From Eledone cirrhosa (Eukaryota), in NCBI GenBank assembly GCA_964016885.1, contig OZ024741.1, positions 241,118,001 to 241,182,000 of the forward strand: DNA of 64,000 bases. The letters are read 5' to 3'. Shown here piece after piece: positions 12,633-26,862 of the stretch (position 1 is the stretch's first letter; each line of letters starts with the position of its first letter). Both the position numbers and the translations under genes were made by a program. The notes under the pieces were generated by a model. That model did no database searches and was not told the DNA's origin. It saw nothing but the letters and a program-made list of their open reading frames with translations.

Positions 12633-14235
12633 TGTGTGGTTGTTGCTGTGTTTGTGTGTGTGTTGCTGTGTTTGTGTGTGTGTGTTGCTGTGTTTGTGTG
12701 TGTGTGTTGCTGTGTTTGTGTGTGTGTGTTGCTGTGTTTGTGTGTGTGTGTTGCTGTGTTTGTGTGTGTGTGTTGCTGTGTTTGTGTGTGTGTGTTGCTG
12801 TGTTTGTCTGTGTATTTGTGTTGCTGTGTTTGTGTGTGTGTGTTGCTGTGTTTGTGTGTGTGTTGCTGTGTTTGTGTGTGTGGTTGTTGCTGTGTTTGTG
12901 TGTGTGTTGCTGTGTTTGTGTGTGTGGTTGTTGCTGTGTTTGTGTGTGTGGTTGTTGCTGTGTTTGTGTGTGTGTTGCTGTGTTTGTGTGTGTGGTTGTT
13001 GCTGTGTTTGTGTGTGTGTGTTGCTGTGTTTGTGTGTGTGTGTGTTGCTGTGTTTGTGTGTGTGTTGCTGTGTTTGTGTGTGTGGTTGTTGCTGTGTTTG
13101 TGTGTGTGTGTTGCTGTGTTTGTGTGTGTGTGTTGCTGTGTTTGTCTGTGTATTTGTGTTGCTGTGTTTGTGTGTGTGTGTTGCTGTGTTTGTGTGTGTG
13201 TTGCTGTGTTTGTGTGTGTGGTTGTTGCTGTGTTTGTGTGTGTGTTGCTGTGTTTGTGTGTGTCGTTGTTGCTGTGTTTGTGTGTGTGGTTGTTGCTGTG
13301 TTTGTGTGTGTGTTGCTGTGTTTGTGTGTGTGGTTGTTGCTGTGTTTGTGTGTGTGTGTTGCTGTGTTTGTGTGTGTGTGTGGTGCTGTGTTTGTGTGTG
13401 TGTTGCTGTGTTTGTGTGTGTGGTTGTTGCTGTGTTTGTGTGTGTGTTGCTGTGTTTGTGTGTGTGGTTGTTGCTGTGTTTGTGTGTGTGTGTTGCTGTG
13501 TTTGTGTGTGTGTGTTTTGCTGTGTTTGTGTGTGTGTGTTGCTGTGTTTGTGTGTGTGGTTGTTGCTGTGTTTGTGTGTGTGTGTTGCTGTGTTTGTGTG
13601 TGTGGTTGTTGCTGTGTTTGTGTGTGTGTTGCTGTGTTTGTGTGTGTGTGGTTGTTGCTGTGTTTGTGTGTGTGGTTGTTGCTGTGTTTGTGTGTGTGGT
13701 TGTTGCTGTGTTTGTGTGTGTGTTGCTGTGTTTGTGTGTGTGGTTGTTGCTGTGTTTGTGTGTGTGTTGCTGTGTTTGTGTGTGTGGTTGTTGCTGTGTT
13801 TGTGTGTGTGTTGCTGTGTTTGTGTGTGTGGTTGTTGCTGTGTTTGTGTGTGTGTTGCTGTGTTTGTGTGTGTGTGGTTGTTGCTGTGTTTGTGTGTGTG
13901 TTGCTGTGTTTGTGTGTGTGGTTGTTGCTGTGTTTGTGTGTGTATTGCTGTGTTTGTGTGTGTGGTTGTTGCTGTGTTTTTGTGTGTGTTGCTGTGTTTG
14001 TGTGTGTGGTTGTTGCTGTGTTTGTGTGTGTGTTGCTGTGTTTGTATGTGTGGTTGTTGCTGTGTTTGTGTGGGTGTGTTGCTGTGTTTGTGTGTGTGGT
14101 TGTTGCTGTGTTTGTGTGTGTGTGTTGCTATGTTTGTGTTTGTGTGTGTGGTTTTTTCTGTGTTTGTGTGTGCGTGTTGCTGTGTTTGTGTGTGTGTTTG
14201 TGTTCGTGTGTGTGTGTTGCTGTGTTTGTGTGTGT
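12633..14235. repeat. Minisatellite with 19-26 bp unit [g]ttgttgctgtgttt(gt)n, about 70 copies
   Basis: Constant ttgctgtgtttg core separated by variable (GT)n. Confidence 0.95.
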
Positions 14236-14432
14236 AAGTGTATTGTACCTGTGTGTATGTGTTCTACTTGTATGTTATGAATGTGTATGTGTGTGCAGGG
14301 AATCTCTGTGAGTTGAGTCTGTCTGTGCTATGTGTGTGTGAATGTGCTAGACTATGTATCATATGTATAGTTAGCTGTGTGTGTTGCGTAAATGTGGAGT
14401 GGGGACATGCTTTACAAGGGATCTGTGTGTGT

Positions 14433-14476
<44 letters not shown>

Positions 14477-14643
14477 TTGTGATGTGTTTTATTTGTGTAT
14501 TCATGTATGTGTCAAGCCAGTCTCTGTGTATGTACATGTATGTCTGTAGCTATGTGTACACATACACACATACACACATATATATATATATATATACACA
14601 TACATATATATTGCCAGTTTATATATATATATATAATATATAG

Positions 14644-14684
<41 letters not shown>

Positions 14685-14694
14685 CATATATATT

Positions 14695-14825
14695 GCTCAA
14701 GCCGTCGAAACGGCTTGAGCTCAGCCGTCGGGGTCTTACTTACTCCTATTACCCACTCTACTACCCTAAGTATTGAGTACTTTGGTGCGTTATGGTCCAC
14801 CTGGTTCCTTACCACTTTTCCCTCG

Positions 14826-14826
<1 letters not shown>
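14695..14826 (+). mobile_element. Penelope-like terminal remnant with 3' half of a hammerhead
   Basis: gtcGAAAcggcttgagctcagccgTCggggtc; near-identical to 52610-52735 (minus); flanked by (TA)n. Confidence 0.6.
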
Positions 14827-14860
<34 letters not shown>

Positions 14861-14906
14861 CAATATATATGTATGTATATATATATATATATAATTATAA
14901 ATATAC

Positions 14907-14943
<37 letters not shown>

Positions 14944-14978
14944 AATTGGCAATATATATGTATGTATATATATATAAT

Positions 14979-15038
<60 letters not shown>

Positions 15039-15508
15039 CATATATATTGCCAGTATATATATATATATGGGTGTGTGTGTGGGTATATATACATATATAT
15101 TGTCAGTATATATGTCGACATGTATATATGTATATACATAAACAACTAAATACAAATTTGAACTATTCAATATAGCCCCCCCCCCCCCCCCCCCCCTTCA
15201 CATATATATATACACATACACACATGCATTCACTTCTATTTAAACAGAAAAAAAATATAAATGATTATAAACACATATTGACTCAAGTGTATATAAATAT
15301 GTATACACAATCTCGATCATATACATACATGCGTGTGAATGTTTGTGTTTACACCTGATTAAGTAAATTTTAAACTGTTTGTTAAGTTCCTCATCTTTGC
15401 TTAAATAAAACGTGAGACTGAGATATGGGTACTGATACACAGGCTGATCGGCATGTGTTTTGGTAGACAAATAGACATGTTGACAGATAGATAGGTAGAT
15501 GGACTGGT

Positions 15509-15545
<37 letters not shown>

Positions 15546-15934
15546 TCACAGATCCCTTCTTCCTCCCGTTAGACCTGTGCGGAATTCCTTCCTTGCTTAC
15601 ATTCCAACCAGGTTTGATGGTCTTTATTCTCTCTCGTTCACGATTTCACCGAATTTAAATTCATAGAAATTTGGGACTTTACTCCTTCTTCCACACTTTC
15701 TGTTGCTTCACCATTTTGTTTGTTTACACTCGTGTCCCCTTTATTTACGTGTCCCAACGACTTTTTTTAGCCGTTGCTCGCACCAACCGGAGGTATATGG
15801 TCTTTAAAGCGATGAAATACCTATGATGGTTGGAAGATCACTGATGAAGGACTAACTTTATTCATATGTAACCCATTAGCAACCCAGCAGCACGTTTTTC
15901 TTATATATATATATATATATATATATGCGTGTGT

Positions 15935-15976
<42 letters not shown>

Positions 15977-16280
15977 GTTTAAATGTCTATCTTCCACGCA
16001 AGCATGGGTTTAAACGGGAGTTGTCCCACTTGAGGCAAGGCTGGTTGGGTGACCGTGTCTTGCTCGTATAGGACTGTCTGGCAGGTTTTCTACGACTGGA
16101 TGCCCTTCCTAACACCAACCACATTTACAGTGTGGAACTGGGAGGTTTTTACCGTGCTACCTACACGGCCACATTACAGCGTGGACTGTGTGTTTTATTT
16201 TGTCGTGACACCTACACAATCTCGATCTCGATCTAATTTATCTCATTTATTTGAACTGGATGTTGTGGTACCAACTTGAT
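15935..16280 (-). mobile_element. SINE 3' part with (GAT)n tail
   Basis: Reverse complement of 2125-2440. Confidence 0.8.
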
Positions 16281-16321
16281 GTGTATGTATATATATATGT
16301 GTGTATGTATATATATATGTG

Positions 16322-16356
<35 letters not shown>

Positions 16357-16398
16357 TGGATAGATAGATATGTATATATATATATATATGTGTGTATG

Positions 16399-16429
<31 letters not shown>

Positions 16430-16464
16430 ATATATATATATGTGTATGTATATATATGTGTGTG

Positions 16465-16519
<55 letters not shown>

Positions 16520-16627
16520 AGAGAGATGGATAGATAGAGAGATAGAGAGATAGACAACAAGATACATCAATACATATACATGCATGCATACATACACATG
16601 TGCATATACATGCATGCATATATATGG

Positions 16628-16686
<59 letters not shown>

Positions 16687-16721
16687 TATGTATATATAAG
16701 TGTGTGTATGTATGCATGTGA

Positions 16722-16756
<35 letters not shown>

Positions 16757-16765
16757 CCTGTATGC

Positions 16766-16970
16766 ATATATGTACATAGATGTGTATGCATATAACTATA
16801 AGCTTATGTATGTATGCATGTATATATAAGTGTGTGTATGTATGCATGTGAGTATATGTATATATATAACATATATACATATACTCACATGCATACACAC
16901 ACACACTTATATATACATGCATACATACATAAGCTTATAGTTATATGCATACACATCTATGTACATATAT
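16766..16970. repeat. Near-perfect inverted repeat, arms about 100 bp
   Basis: atatatgtacatagatgtgtatgcatataactataagcttatg... and ...cataagcttatagttatatgcatacacatctatgtacatatat. Confidence 0.85.
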
Positions 16971-17005
16971 ATATATATATGCATAGAGGAAATAAAAGAG
17001 AGAGA

Positions 17006-17076
<71 letters not shown>

Positions 17077-18504
17077 TAAACTGAGAAGGTAGGGGGAAAG
17101 TGATGGAGAGTTAATTGAAAACCTTGTCCAAACATAAAAGTCGGTGTACCCCACTCTCTATTCCACTATATACACCCCATACTCCCCCTCTCTTTATTCT
17201 CTCTATCTCTCTTCCTCCTCCTCTCCCTCTCTCTATTCTCTCTTTATCTCTCTTCCTCCTTCCTCTATACTTTTGTGTCTCTCCTTGCTCTCCTCATCCA
17301 TCCAATCACCCTCTGTCATTCTCTCTGTTTCTCACTTCTCTCTCCCACCATCCCTCTCTCTTATTGTAACTAACCCCCCCCCCTCTCTACATTTTACTAC
17401 TTTCTACTCATTCCTTATTGCCACTTCTCTCCCATACATCTTCTTGTACACCCCCCACACACACACCCTTCTTGTACCACCCTCACACCCCTCCTTCTTG
17501 TACAACCCTCCACACCCCTCCTTCTTGTACAACCCCCCATACCCCACCTTCATGTTCACCCCATTCTAACTCCTCTCTTAACCTCTTCTGTCTCTCTTCA
17601 TACATGTCCCTCATTCTACATCTAATATGACCCCCACCCTCCACCCACACACACACCTTCCTATACAGTGACAGATATGACAGATTACACAGCTCTCTCC
17701 CCTTCCCCGGTCAATCCACCCCTCCCCACCCCACTACATCACTACTGTCTCTTCCCCATACCTTACCTAATCTTACTCCTTATATGGAGGGCAGGGTAGT
17801 AAGTGAACAACTACATACCCAACACCTCCTCTTGTGACCACTACTGTTGTTGGACTTTGGATGTTGTGAGACCATGAGAATTGGGAGACATTGGGAGTTG
17901 TGGGAACTTGAGATTTGTGGGATCTTAGGGGCTGTGGGACTTTGGGAGTTATTGGGCCTTCAGAGTTGAAGGACCTTGGTAATTGACAGACCTTGGTAAT
18001 TGACACCATATGAAACTGCAGTAGTAAGATATTCTTGAAAAGTACAAAATAGGAACACGACTATAACACATTAAAAATTAAAGCCTTTTCTCTAGTACTG
18101 CAACCTTTTACAATGATCTATTCACTAGTAAAGATACTATAATCATTTGAATTAACAAACCAAGTTTTTTATAGATATTTTCTGCTAAAACATTATGGCA
18201 TGTTAATAGTTAACAAACATAAATAGTTTTTAAAAAAATTAAAGACAAATCTTTCTTCTGCTCCCCAAAAGGTTGAACCTTAAATAATCTGAATGTCTTC
18301 GTTTAGTTAAATTGTTTTTCTCAGAAGCTAATCTGGATAAAACTCACTTTCTAAATAGGTCTCTAACAGAGCTAACTCCATGACACTCTCAGGAATAAGT
18401 GAGCCAATAAGAAGAAAACCATAGCTGTCTATTCACTTCAACATTGATTATATTGAGTCACCATTGGGATATCTGGCATGTCTAGGACATTTAAAACTGG
18501 TGGA

Positions 18505-18685
18505 GCACACCTGTCGCCATGTTTGACTACATCTGTCTCTAGGTTTGACAATATCTGTCTCTAGGTTTCACCACATCTGTCTCTACGTTTGACCACATCT
18601 GTCTCTAGGTGTGGCCACATCTCTCTAGGTTTGACCAAATCTGTCTCCAGGTGTGGCCACATCTGTCTCAAGGTTTGACTACACC
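18505..18685. repeat. 22-bp tandem repeat (about 8 copies)
   Basis: Unit catctgtctctaggtttgacca. Confidence 0.85.
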
Positions 18686-18879
18686 CTAATTCTTCAAGAG
18701 ATAAAGAGAGGGGAGATGGAGGGAGTGAGACTATGTGTCTGTGAAAGAGTGTAAAAGAGAGAGGGAGTATGTGTGTGAGATAGAGAGTAAAAAAGAGAGG
18801 ATTACAGAAATGATTGTGTGTGTTTGTGTAAGATTGGGTAAAAGAGAGAGAGAGGTGGGGAGTGTATGTTTAGGTAAGA

Positions 18880-18952
<73 letters not shown>

Positions 18953-19009
18953 TGTGTGTGTGTGTGTGTGTGTACATGAGAGAAAGAAAGTGGGGGAGAA
19001 AAAGAATCA

Positions 19010-19120
19010 GATTCAGTACTGAACTCTATATTTATTGACAGTAAAATGATGAAAGGCCATGTTGAACTTTGCAGGATTTGAACTCAGTATGCAGAGAACT
19101 AGACCAAATATTGCTCTAGC
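19010..19120 (-). mobile_element. Degenerate Nin/Deu SINE adjoining the satellite
   Basis: cagtact..tttattgac..gatgaaaggc..gcaggatttgaactcag. Confidence 0.6.
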
Positions 19121-20040
19121 AACTTTGGTACCTCACTGACAACTATAGTGCCTTACTGACAACTCTTGTACCTTACTAACAACTTTGGTACCTCACTGAC
19201 AACTTTGGTACCTCACTGACAATTCCTGGGTCTTACTAGCAACTCTTGTACTGACAACTTTGATACCCACTAACAAATTTGGTACCTTACTAACAACACT
19301 TGTAACTTACTAGCAACTCTTGTACCTTACTGAGAACTCTTGTACCTCACTAACAACTTTGGTACCTTACTAACAACTCTTGTACCATACTAACAACTCA
19401 TGTAACTTACTAACAATTTTAGTACCTTACTAACAACACTTATACTTTACTGAGAACTCTTGTACCTCACTAACAACTTTGGTACCTTACTAACAACTCT
19501 TGTACTTTACTAGCAACTCTTGTAACTTACTAACAATTTTAGTACCTTACTAACAACACTTATACCTTACTGAGAACTCTTGTACCTCACTAACAACTTT
19601 GGTACCTTACTAACAACTCTTGTACTTTACTAGCAACTCTTGTAACTTACTAACAATTTTAGTACCTTACTAACAACACTTATACCTTACTGAGAACTCT
19701 TGTACCTCACTAACAACTTTGGTACCTTACTAACAACTCTTGTACTTTACTAGCAACTCTTGTAACTTACTAACAATTTTAGTACCTTACTAGCAACACT
19801 TATACCTTACTGAGAACTCTTGTACCTCACTAACAACTTTGGTACCTTACTAACAACTCTTCTACCTTACTAGCAACTTTTGTAACTTACTAACAATTTT
19901 AGTACCTTACTAGCAACACTTATACCTTACTGAGAACTCTTGTACCTCACTAACAACTTTGGTACCTTACTAACAACTCTTGTACCTTACTGAGAACTAT
20001 TGTACCTCACTAACAACTTTGGTACCTAACAACTTTGATA
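19115..20040. repeat. 20-bp minisatellite with a 120-bp (6-mer) higher-order repeat
   Basis: Unit aactcttgtaccttactaac; the same variant pattern recurs at 19441, 19561, 19681, 19801 and 19921. Confidence 0.93.
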
Positions 20041-20124
20041 ACAGTATTGCCATATCAGTCTTCTTAGTTTTCTCAGCAAACTCTTGAAGTCAGCAATCAA
20101 TAAGAAGATTCACACTGCATCACA

Positions 20125-21630
20125 GCACCATTACCAGCACACCACTACAGCATTATCACCTCCACCATTACATCACACCATCACCACACCACTACCATTA
20201 TCACCTTCAACAACACCATCACAAGCAGCATTACGAGTAACCCCTCCCCACCAACTACCACCACAACCAAACTATCCTCCACCACTACCACCACCACCAC
20301 AAACAACCACCAACCCACCGCCACCACTGATAAAGCCACCCCACCCCCACCACCATTACCAGCACTACCATCAACAACACCACCACCACCATTACCAGCA
20401 CTACCAACAACACCACCAGCACCACCATTACCAGCACTACCATCAACAACACCACCACCACCACTACCACCACCACTACCAACCCGACCACCAACACCAC
20501 CACTACCACCCCCACCACCACCACCAACCCACTGATACAGCCACCAACACCCCACCACCATTATTACCAGCACTACCACCACCACCACCAGCACTACCAT
20601 CACCACCACCACCACCACCACCACCACCACCACCACCACCATTATTACCACCACCACCACCACCACCACCTCTACCCCCTACCACCACCGCCATTATTAA
20701 CCCCCCCGCGCCCACCACCACTCCACCACCACCATTATTACCACCACCACCACCACCACCACCACCACCACCACCACCACCACCACCACCACCACCATCA
20801 CCATCACCACCACCACCACCACCACCACCACCACCACCACCACCACAGCTACTGAAATTAATAATAAAACACAATCGAGATAATTAATTTTCTTTCTTTC
20901 TATATTGCTGACATTGTTGTTGTTGTTCTCTTGTCATTGTTATATTGTTGTTGTTATTTTTTTGTCATTGTTGTTATTGTTACTGTTATTTGTATTATTG
21001 TTGTTGTTCTTATTGTTTTTGTAACTGTTGTTGTTGTTGTTATTGTTATTGTTATTGTTATTGTTGTTGTTATTGTTATTGTTGTTGTTATTGTTATTAT
21101 TTTTGTCATTGTTATTTGCTGTTGATGTTGTTGTTGTTATTACATTGTTTTTGTTAAACTTATACTGATGTTTTGTTGATGCTGCTGCTCACCGTCCTCC
21201 TCATCCTGCTCCTCCCCCTCCCCCTCCCCCTCTTCCTCCTCCTTCCCATCATCATCATCATCATCACCATCATCATTACCATTAGCATCCTCATTATCAT
21301 CATCATCATCCCCATTGTCACCATCCACATCACCATAATCAACATCAAGACCACCACCACCACCACCACCACCATCACCACCACCACCACCACCATCATC
21401 ATCATCATTATCATCAAGATCATCAGCAGCATCAAGACTGTTATCATCGTCAACATCACCATTATCCCCCCCCCCCCCACACACACACACCACCACCGCC
21501 ATCACCATCATCCTTATCATCAAGATCATCATCAGCAGCATCAAGACTGTTATCATCGTCAACATCACCATTACCCCCACCACCACCACCACCACCATCA
21601 CCATCATCATTATCATCAAGATCATCATCC
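20125..21630. repeat. (CAC)n, (TTG/TTA)n and (CAT)n trinucleotide tracts
   Basis: Direct observation. Confidence 0.9.
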
Positions 21631-21689
21631 TTATACTGTAATGGTTTGGCATGTTCCAGATCTTTAGAGCCTTATTTGGCATGTTCCAG

Positions 21690-22412
21690 ATCTTTAGAGC
21701 CTGAGTTCAAATCCTATTAAGGTCAACTTTGTCTTTCATACTTACGAGGTTGATAAAATAAATCACCAGTAATGCACTGGGGTTCGATTTAATCGACTTT
21801 CCCCTTCCTCAAAATTGATGGCTTTGTGCCTAAATCAGAAACCCAATTGATAGAGAGTCGGAGGCCATGCTTTCCAGCATAGTTACGTCCCTTTACGATC
21901 TGAGTTCAAATCCCGCCGAGGTTGACTTTGCCTTTCATCCTTACGGGGTCGATAAAATAAAGTACCAGTAATGCACTGGTTAATTGCTGGCCTTGTGCCA
22001 AAAGTAGAAACAATTATTATTATTGTTGAGGGGCGGTGGATTGGCAGTATCGGTAGAGGGTCGGACGCCATGCATTGCAGCATAGAGTTACGGCCCTTTA
22101 TGGTCTAAGTTCAAATCCCGCCAAGGTTAACTTTGCCTTTCATCCTTACGGGGTCGATAAAAGAAACTACCAGTAATACACTGGAATAATTGCTGGCCTT
22201 GTGCCAAAAGTAAAACAATTATTATTATTGTTGATGTTGTTGTTATTACAGTGTGATTTAAACTCAGAAAGTAAAGTTACGGTCCTTTACATTCTCAGAT
22301 CAAATCCTGCGGAGATTAGCTTTGCCTTTCATCCTCACGGGGTCGATAAATAAAGTACCAGTAATGTACTGGGTAATTGCTGGCCTTGTGCCAAAAGTAG
22401 AAACAATTATTG
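21690..22412 (+). mobile_element. Cluster of four Nin/Deu-domain SINEs
   Basis: Core ctttgcctttcatccttacggggtcgataaaataaagtaccag, or close variants, at about 21730, 21925, 22130 and 22320. Confidence 0.88.
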
Positions 22413-22664
22413 TTGTTGATGCTGTTGTTATTACTGCTATCATTACTGATACAAGAGAAATCATCTTTATCATCATTTTATTATAATTATTTCACATCTT
22501 ATTAACCAATAAAAATATCTCTATGTGAGTGAGTGTGTGTTCATGTGTGTGTATGTGTTTGTGTGTATGTTTGTGTGTGTGTGTGTCTGTGCGGGTGCCT
22601 GTGCACTTATACATGAAGAGTGGATGTAAAGGACAGAGAAATAACTATAAGAACTATTAGTGAT

Positions 22665-22697
<33 letters not shown>

Positions 22698-22698
22698 A

Positions 22699-22742
<44 letters not shown>

Positions 22743-23045
22743 GACATGTGTATATGTGTATATATATCTATATATATACATACACCATACCCATGCTAGC
22801 ATGGAAGATAGATGTTAAACAATGATGATGACACACATATACACATGTGTATGTATATATATATATACATACACATGTATTTATATGTATATGTATATAT
22901 ATATATATATACACACACACACATGTATATATACATATATATATTATATTGAGCCATAAATAATATTTTTATTGGCTTATAAGATGAGAAATATAAATTA
23001 TAATAATAAAGATGATAATGCTGGTTTCTCTTATATTAATAAAGA

Positions 23046-23683
23046 CTAGCAGTGGTACCCAGCGTTGCACGGGATAAGGTATTTTGGAACGCGGGCCGCC
23101 AACAGACCTAATGGTGGAAAAGCTGCATGCCTGACAATATGTAAAGAAAATAAACCGAGTACTCTGATGGCTGGATAATCTTTAAGTTTTTCCTCGATGA
23201 AGCAGGAAAAATGCAAGTTTTCACCTAATGCGGGCCCTAGGGGATCAAGAAAATGAATTTTTTTTATGTGGATAATATGCCTTGAAATTTCGGGATATCG
23301 CCTAGACGTAATGACTCAAAAAGCCCCCAAAAGCGGAAAAAATGAAGTTTTTCACCTAATGTGCGCCCTAAGCCATAAAAAAGTTGGATTTTCTTTGCTC
23401 ACAGTATGAAGAAGAGACTGACTAATACATAGTTACAATTTCAAGGAAATCGGTCTGACGTAACGCCTAAAAAAACCCCCCTAAAAAGCTGAAAAAAAAC
23501 ACAGTTTTTCACCTAATGGGGATCACGTAGGGGATCAAAATGTTGAATTTTTTATGTGCATAACACTCCCTGGAACATAAGTAATACACATGTAAAGTTT
23601 GAAAAAAAATCGGTTGGGTACTTTTCGGGTTTCACACACACACACACTCTTCCTCAGTTTTATATATCTACTACATATATAGA
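23046..23683 (-). mobile_element. Non-autonomous Helitron-like element
   Basis: Minus strand starts TCtatatat.. and ends cccgtgcaacgctggg hairpin + taccactgCTAG; internal about 120-bp subrepeats (ttttcacctaatg). Confidence 0.7.
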
Positions 23684-24147
23684 TTACAATAACAGATTAA
23701 AGTTTAAGCATAGAATCGCTGCTTTCACCCTTAACGGGATCTTGTGAAACTAAAAACATCAATCTGTGAACGCAGAAGTAAATATTTCAAAAAACCTTGC
23801 AACCGAAGGAAAACAGGAAGACGATACTTTGGTTCGCGAAGACGTTTCCTGGCAACGAACGGAAAATAGCGAACATATACGTCATCAATGTTCATCAGAA
23901 TATCGTAATGCAGACAGCCAGACATACAGACAGATATTATAAGAGCTCTACGGAGATGGATAACCGGCGCCTAACACCCCTTTAACAACAGAGCTTTAAT
24001 AAAAACTGCAGTTAATATCTTTAGACCGCAAGGAATATATAAATGCAAGTTTGAAGTCAATCGGAGTAGAAATGTGGATTTGTATAGACTTTGCAAAAAT
24101 AAGGACACACACAGAGACAACTACAGTTTTATATATATAGATAATAC

Positions 24148-24186
<39 letters not shown>

Positions 24187-24334
24187 ACATATACAAACTA
24201 TATGCGTATATTAATGTATCCTCCTAAACTTTATATAATGTAAAGACATCTGATATATTAAGCATATATCTTCATGTCTATGAAAAATCTGAGTAATGAC
24301 TACATACATAATCAATATAAACATATGTATGTAG

Positions 24335-24376
<42 letters not shown>

Positions 24377-24414
24377 ATATTTGCGGAGGCTTATATTGTT
24401 ATAATATTGCTAGA

Positions 24415-24595
24415 AATATTGTTTCTACTTTAGGCACAAGGCCAGCAATTACCCAGTGCATTACTGGTACTTTATTTTATCGACCCAGTAAGGATGAAAG
24501 GCAAAGTCAACCTCGGCGGGATTTGAACTCAGATCGTAAAGGGACGTAACTATGCATGGCGTCTGACCCTCTACCGATACTGCCAATTCACCTAA
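24415..24595 (-). mobile_element. Nin/Deu-domain SINE
   Basis: Reverse complement of the full SINE consensus. Confidence 0.9.
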
Positions 24596-24877
24596 TAGAA
24601 CACACTCACTGTTTGGTTTGGGTTGGTTTTACGTTTCTGTATCTTTTATATTTCAATAGTTAATTTATCTGTCAATCAATGTTTATCATTGACTGAACAA
24701 CGGTCAAAAATACAGATATAAATAGATATATATATATATATAGTCTATCAAAGTTGTTTTGTCACACATCTGTGACATCATCAGTGGTACTATTTTGTTT
24801 CCTCCTGTTGTATTGTAATGCCTACACCATTTTTATTTAATTTATTTACACATATATACATTCATATACATATATAT

Positions 24878-25071
24878 GAGTCCCAGGTTCAATTGGAGGT
24901 AACCTGAGTAAGGTACTCAATACATTAGTAGAGTGTATACAACAACATTTAATATAGAAATAGCTTTTACAGGACTAGAACTGTTTCATTCGAAGGAAAT
25001 CATCAGCAATGCCCTGATGATTTCTTGCGAAACCATTTCCTGTAGAAACCATTTCTATATTAAATGTTGTT
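24878..25071. mobile_element. Penelope-like hammerhead family A remnant with fold-back inversion
   Basis: Minus: CTGATGAtttccttcgaatGAAAcagttctagtcctgTA; plus: CTGATGAtttcttgcGAAA; tail tattgagtacc..attgaacctggga shared with 34141-34345 and 53058-53262. Confidence 0.65.
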
Positions 25072-25098
25072 GTGTGTATATATATACATACATACATA

Positions 25099-25155
<57 letters not shown>

Positions 25156-25293
25156 TAAAATAACAGATTAAAGTTTAAGCAAAGAATCACTGCTTTCACC
25201 CTTAACGGGATCTTCTGCTCTACGGTTCTTATATATTTGATATATATTTTCCTTATCGAGCCCTCTTTGGATTTTAGTCTTCAATTTTATTAT

Positions 25294-25358
<65 letters not shown>

Positions 25359-25663
25359 TATAGATAAATTTCTTTATTAGCCACAACGGTACAAAAGAAG
25401 GGGACAAATACAAATGGGGAGTTTACATACAGGTATATGAAAATAAAACTATTAATAAAATAATAAATAACAATTGAAATCCCCAATAGGGGGGAGGCGT
25501 TACACAGGAGTTGTACACACCCCGAAAAAATGTGCAACCCTTATCTCCAGGAGCACCAAGAGTAAGTACTCCCTTCCTCTCTTCCTCTTTTTCCTCAACC
25601 TACAGGCTTATATAGAGAGAACGCCCAACCACTCGGGCCATCTTTGCCACATTCACCCACCTT

Positions 25664-26832
25664 TTATAAAATTTGCTCTCTCTCCATCCTGATTCTTCTT
25701 CCAAAATGATATTTGAAAAAACGAATCAGTTGCTCGCCGGAGAGAAAGGTGTCTGACCTCAGCCCTTTTAACCTCGTCCACCATATAACCTCTTTCACCA
25801 TAGCCATAACACATAGGAAAACCGCCTCTCCTTCGTTTTTGAAGGAGGGTGGCGGTTTGATCATGACAATGGACTCGGTGGTGAACTGGACAATAGTCGT
25901 TCTACATAGCCCCACTTGTCGGTAACGCCCGGGCAGTGTACAAATGCATGCGCGACGGTTTCCTCGTCGCGCATGCATCTCTGACAGATCTTTTTTGAAG
26001 GGTCCCTACCCGGGCGCCCGTGTCTGTAGAGCTTGTCTCGAACTGGTAGAGCTCCTCGATAGCACTGCCAGACCAGGGACTTTTGGAAGTTTTCCATTGG
26101 TCCCGGGTGGAAGGTCCTACCGAACAGACTGGCCAGTTCGTCCTCCTCTACGCCCAGAGTTTCTCCGAGCGCGTCGTCGCACTTGTTGCGGACCAACCCT
26201 CTATAGAATGACGAAGTGGAGTCTCCACTGATCGCCGGGTCCGTTTGCCAGAGGACTGTGAGCGCCTGAGCACATTCGATGTGCCAGTCGCCCATTTTCC
26301 TCGGTCTTTGCTTGACCCAGGACTGCAGCTCGATCAGCGAGACGAGTCGTGGGAAGGCTCTCCTCACGAACGGGGCCCACATCAGTTGTCCGGTGAGGAA
26401 TACGTGGAGGTGCCGCAGCCTGAGAGCCTGTTTGCGCATCGTCAGCCAAGGCATCCCCAGCCCTCCGTTTGAAGGGTGTTGGCAGCAGATGGATCTTCTC
26501 ACCAAAGGAGCCCGCTTCTTCCAAAGGAATTGGAAGAGCACGCGCTCCATTTTGGTGAGAGTTTTGGCTGGACAAGGCACGACGGTCAAACGGTAGTAGA
26601 TGACGGACGCTATAGAAGTGTTCGCCACCTCCGCTCGACCTTTCAAGGATAGTTTGCACTCGGCCCACTTCTGGGCGAGCGCAAACACTTTGGTCGTCAC
26701 CTCGTTCCAGTTCTTCTCCACCTGGAGGTCCGGACCAAACCAGACTCCGAGCAGCTTTACCGGTCCTTCCGTCCAGCATCCGACGACGGCATCGGAAGGC
26801 ATCGGTTTGCCTCTCCACGTTCCGAGTTGCAA
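25664..26832 (-). pseudogene. ORF2 C-terminal region with CCHC zinc knuckle
   Basis: KLLGVWF, LSLKGRA, GGLGMP, LPVRDKL, CQRC..ETVAHAFVHCP; frameshift near 25900, then KEVIWWTR. Confidence 0.88.
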
Positions 26833-26862
26833 ACCGACGGATTTGTCCCAGCTCAGCTTCGC

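Noticed and set aside
12531-14311. 550-570 aa Cys/Val-rich ORFs in three frames
   Set aside because: Translation of a GT minisatellite that lacks stops in all frames; not a metallothionein or keratin-associated gene
15835-15900. CTGATGA hammerhead start
   Set aside because: No downstream GAAA, stem III or stem I complement; at most a truncated relic
19115-20040. CRISPR-like regular repeats (also 62885-64000 and 50660-52340)
   Set aside because: No unique spacers, no cas genes, eukaryotic context; these are tandem minisatellites
20084-21682. Proline-rich extensin/formin-like ORFs
   Set aside because: (CAC)n and (CAT)n simple repeats
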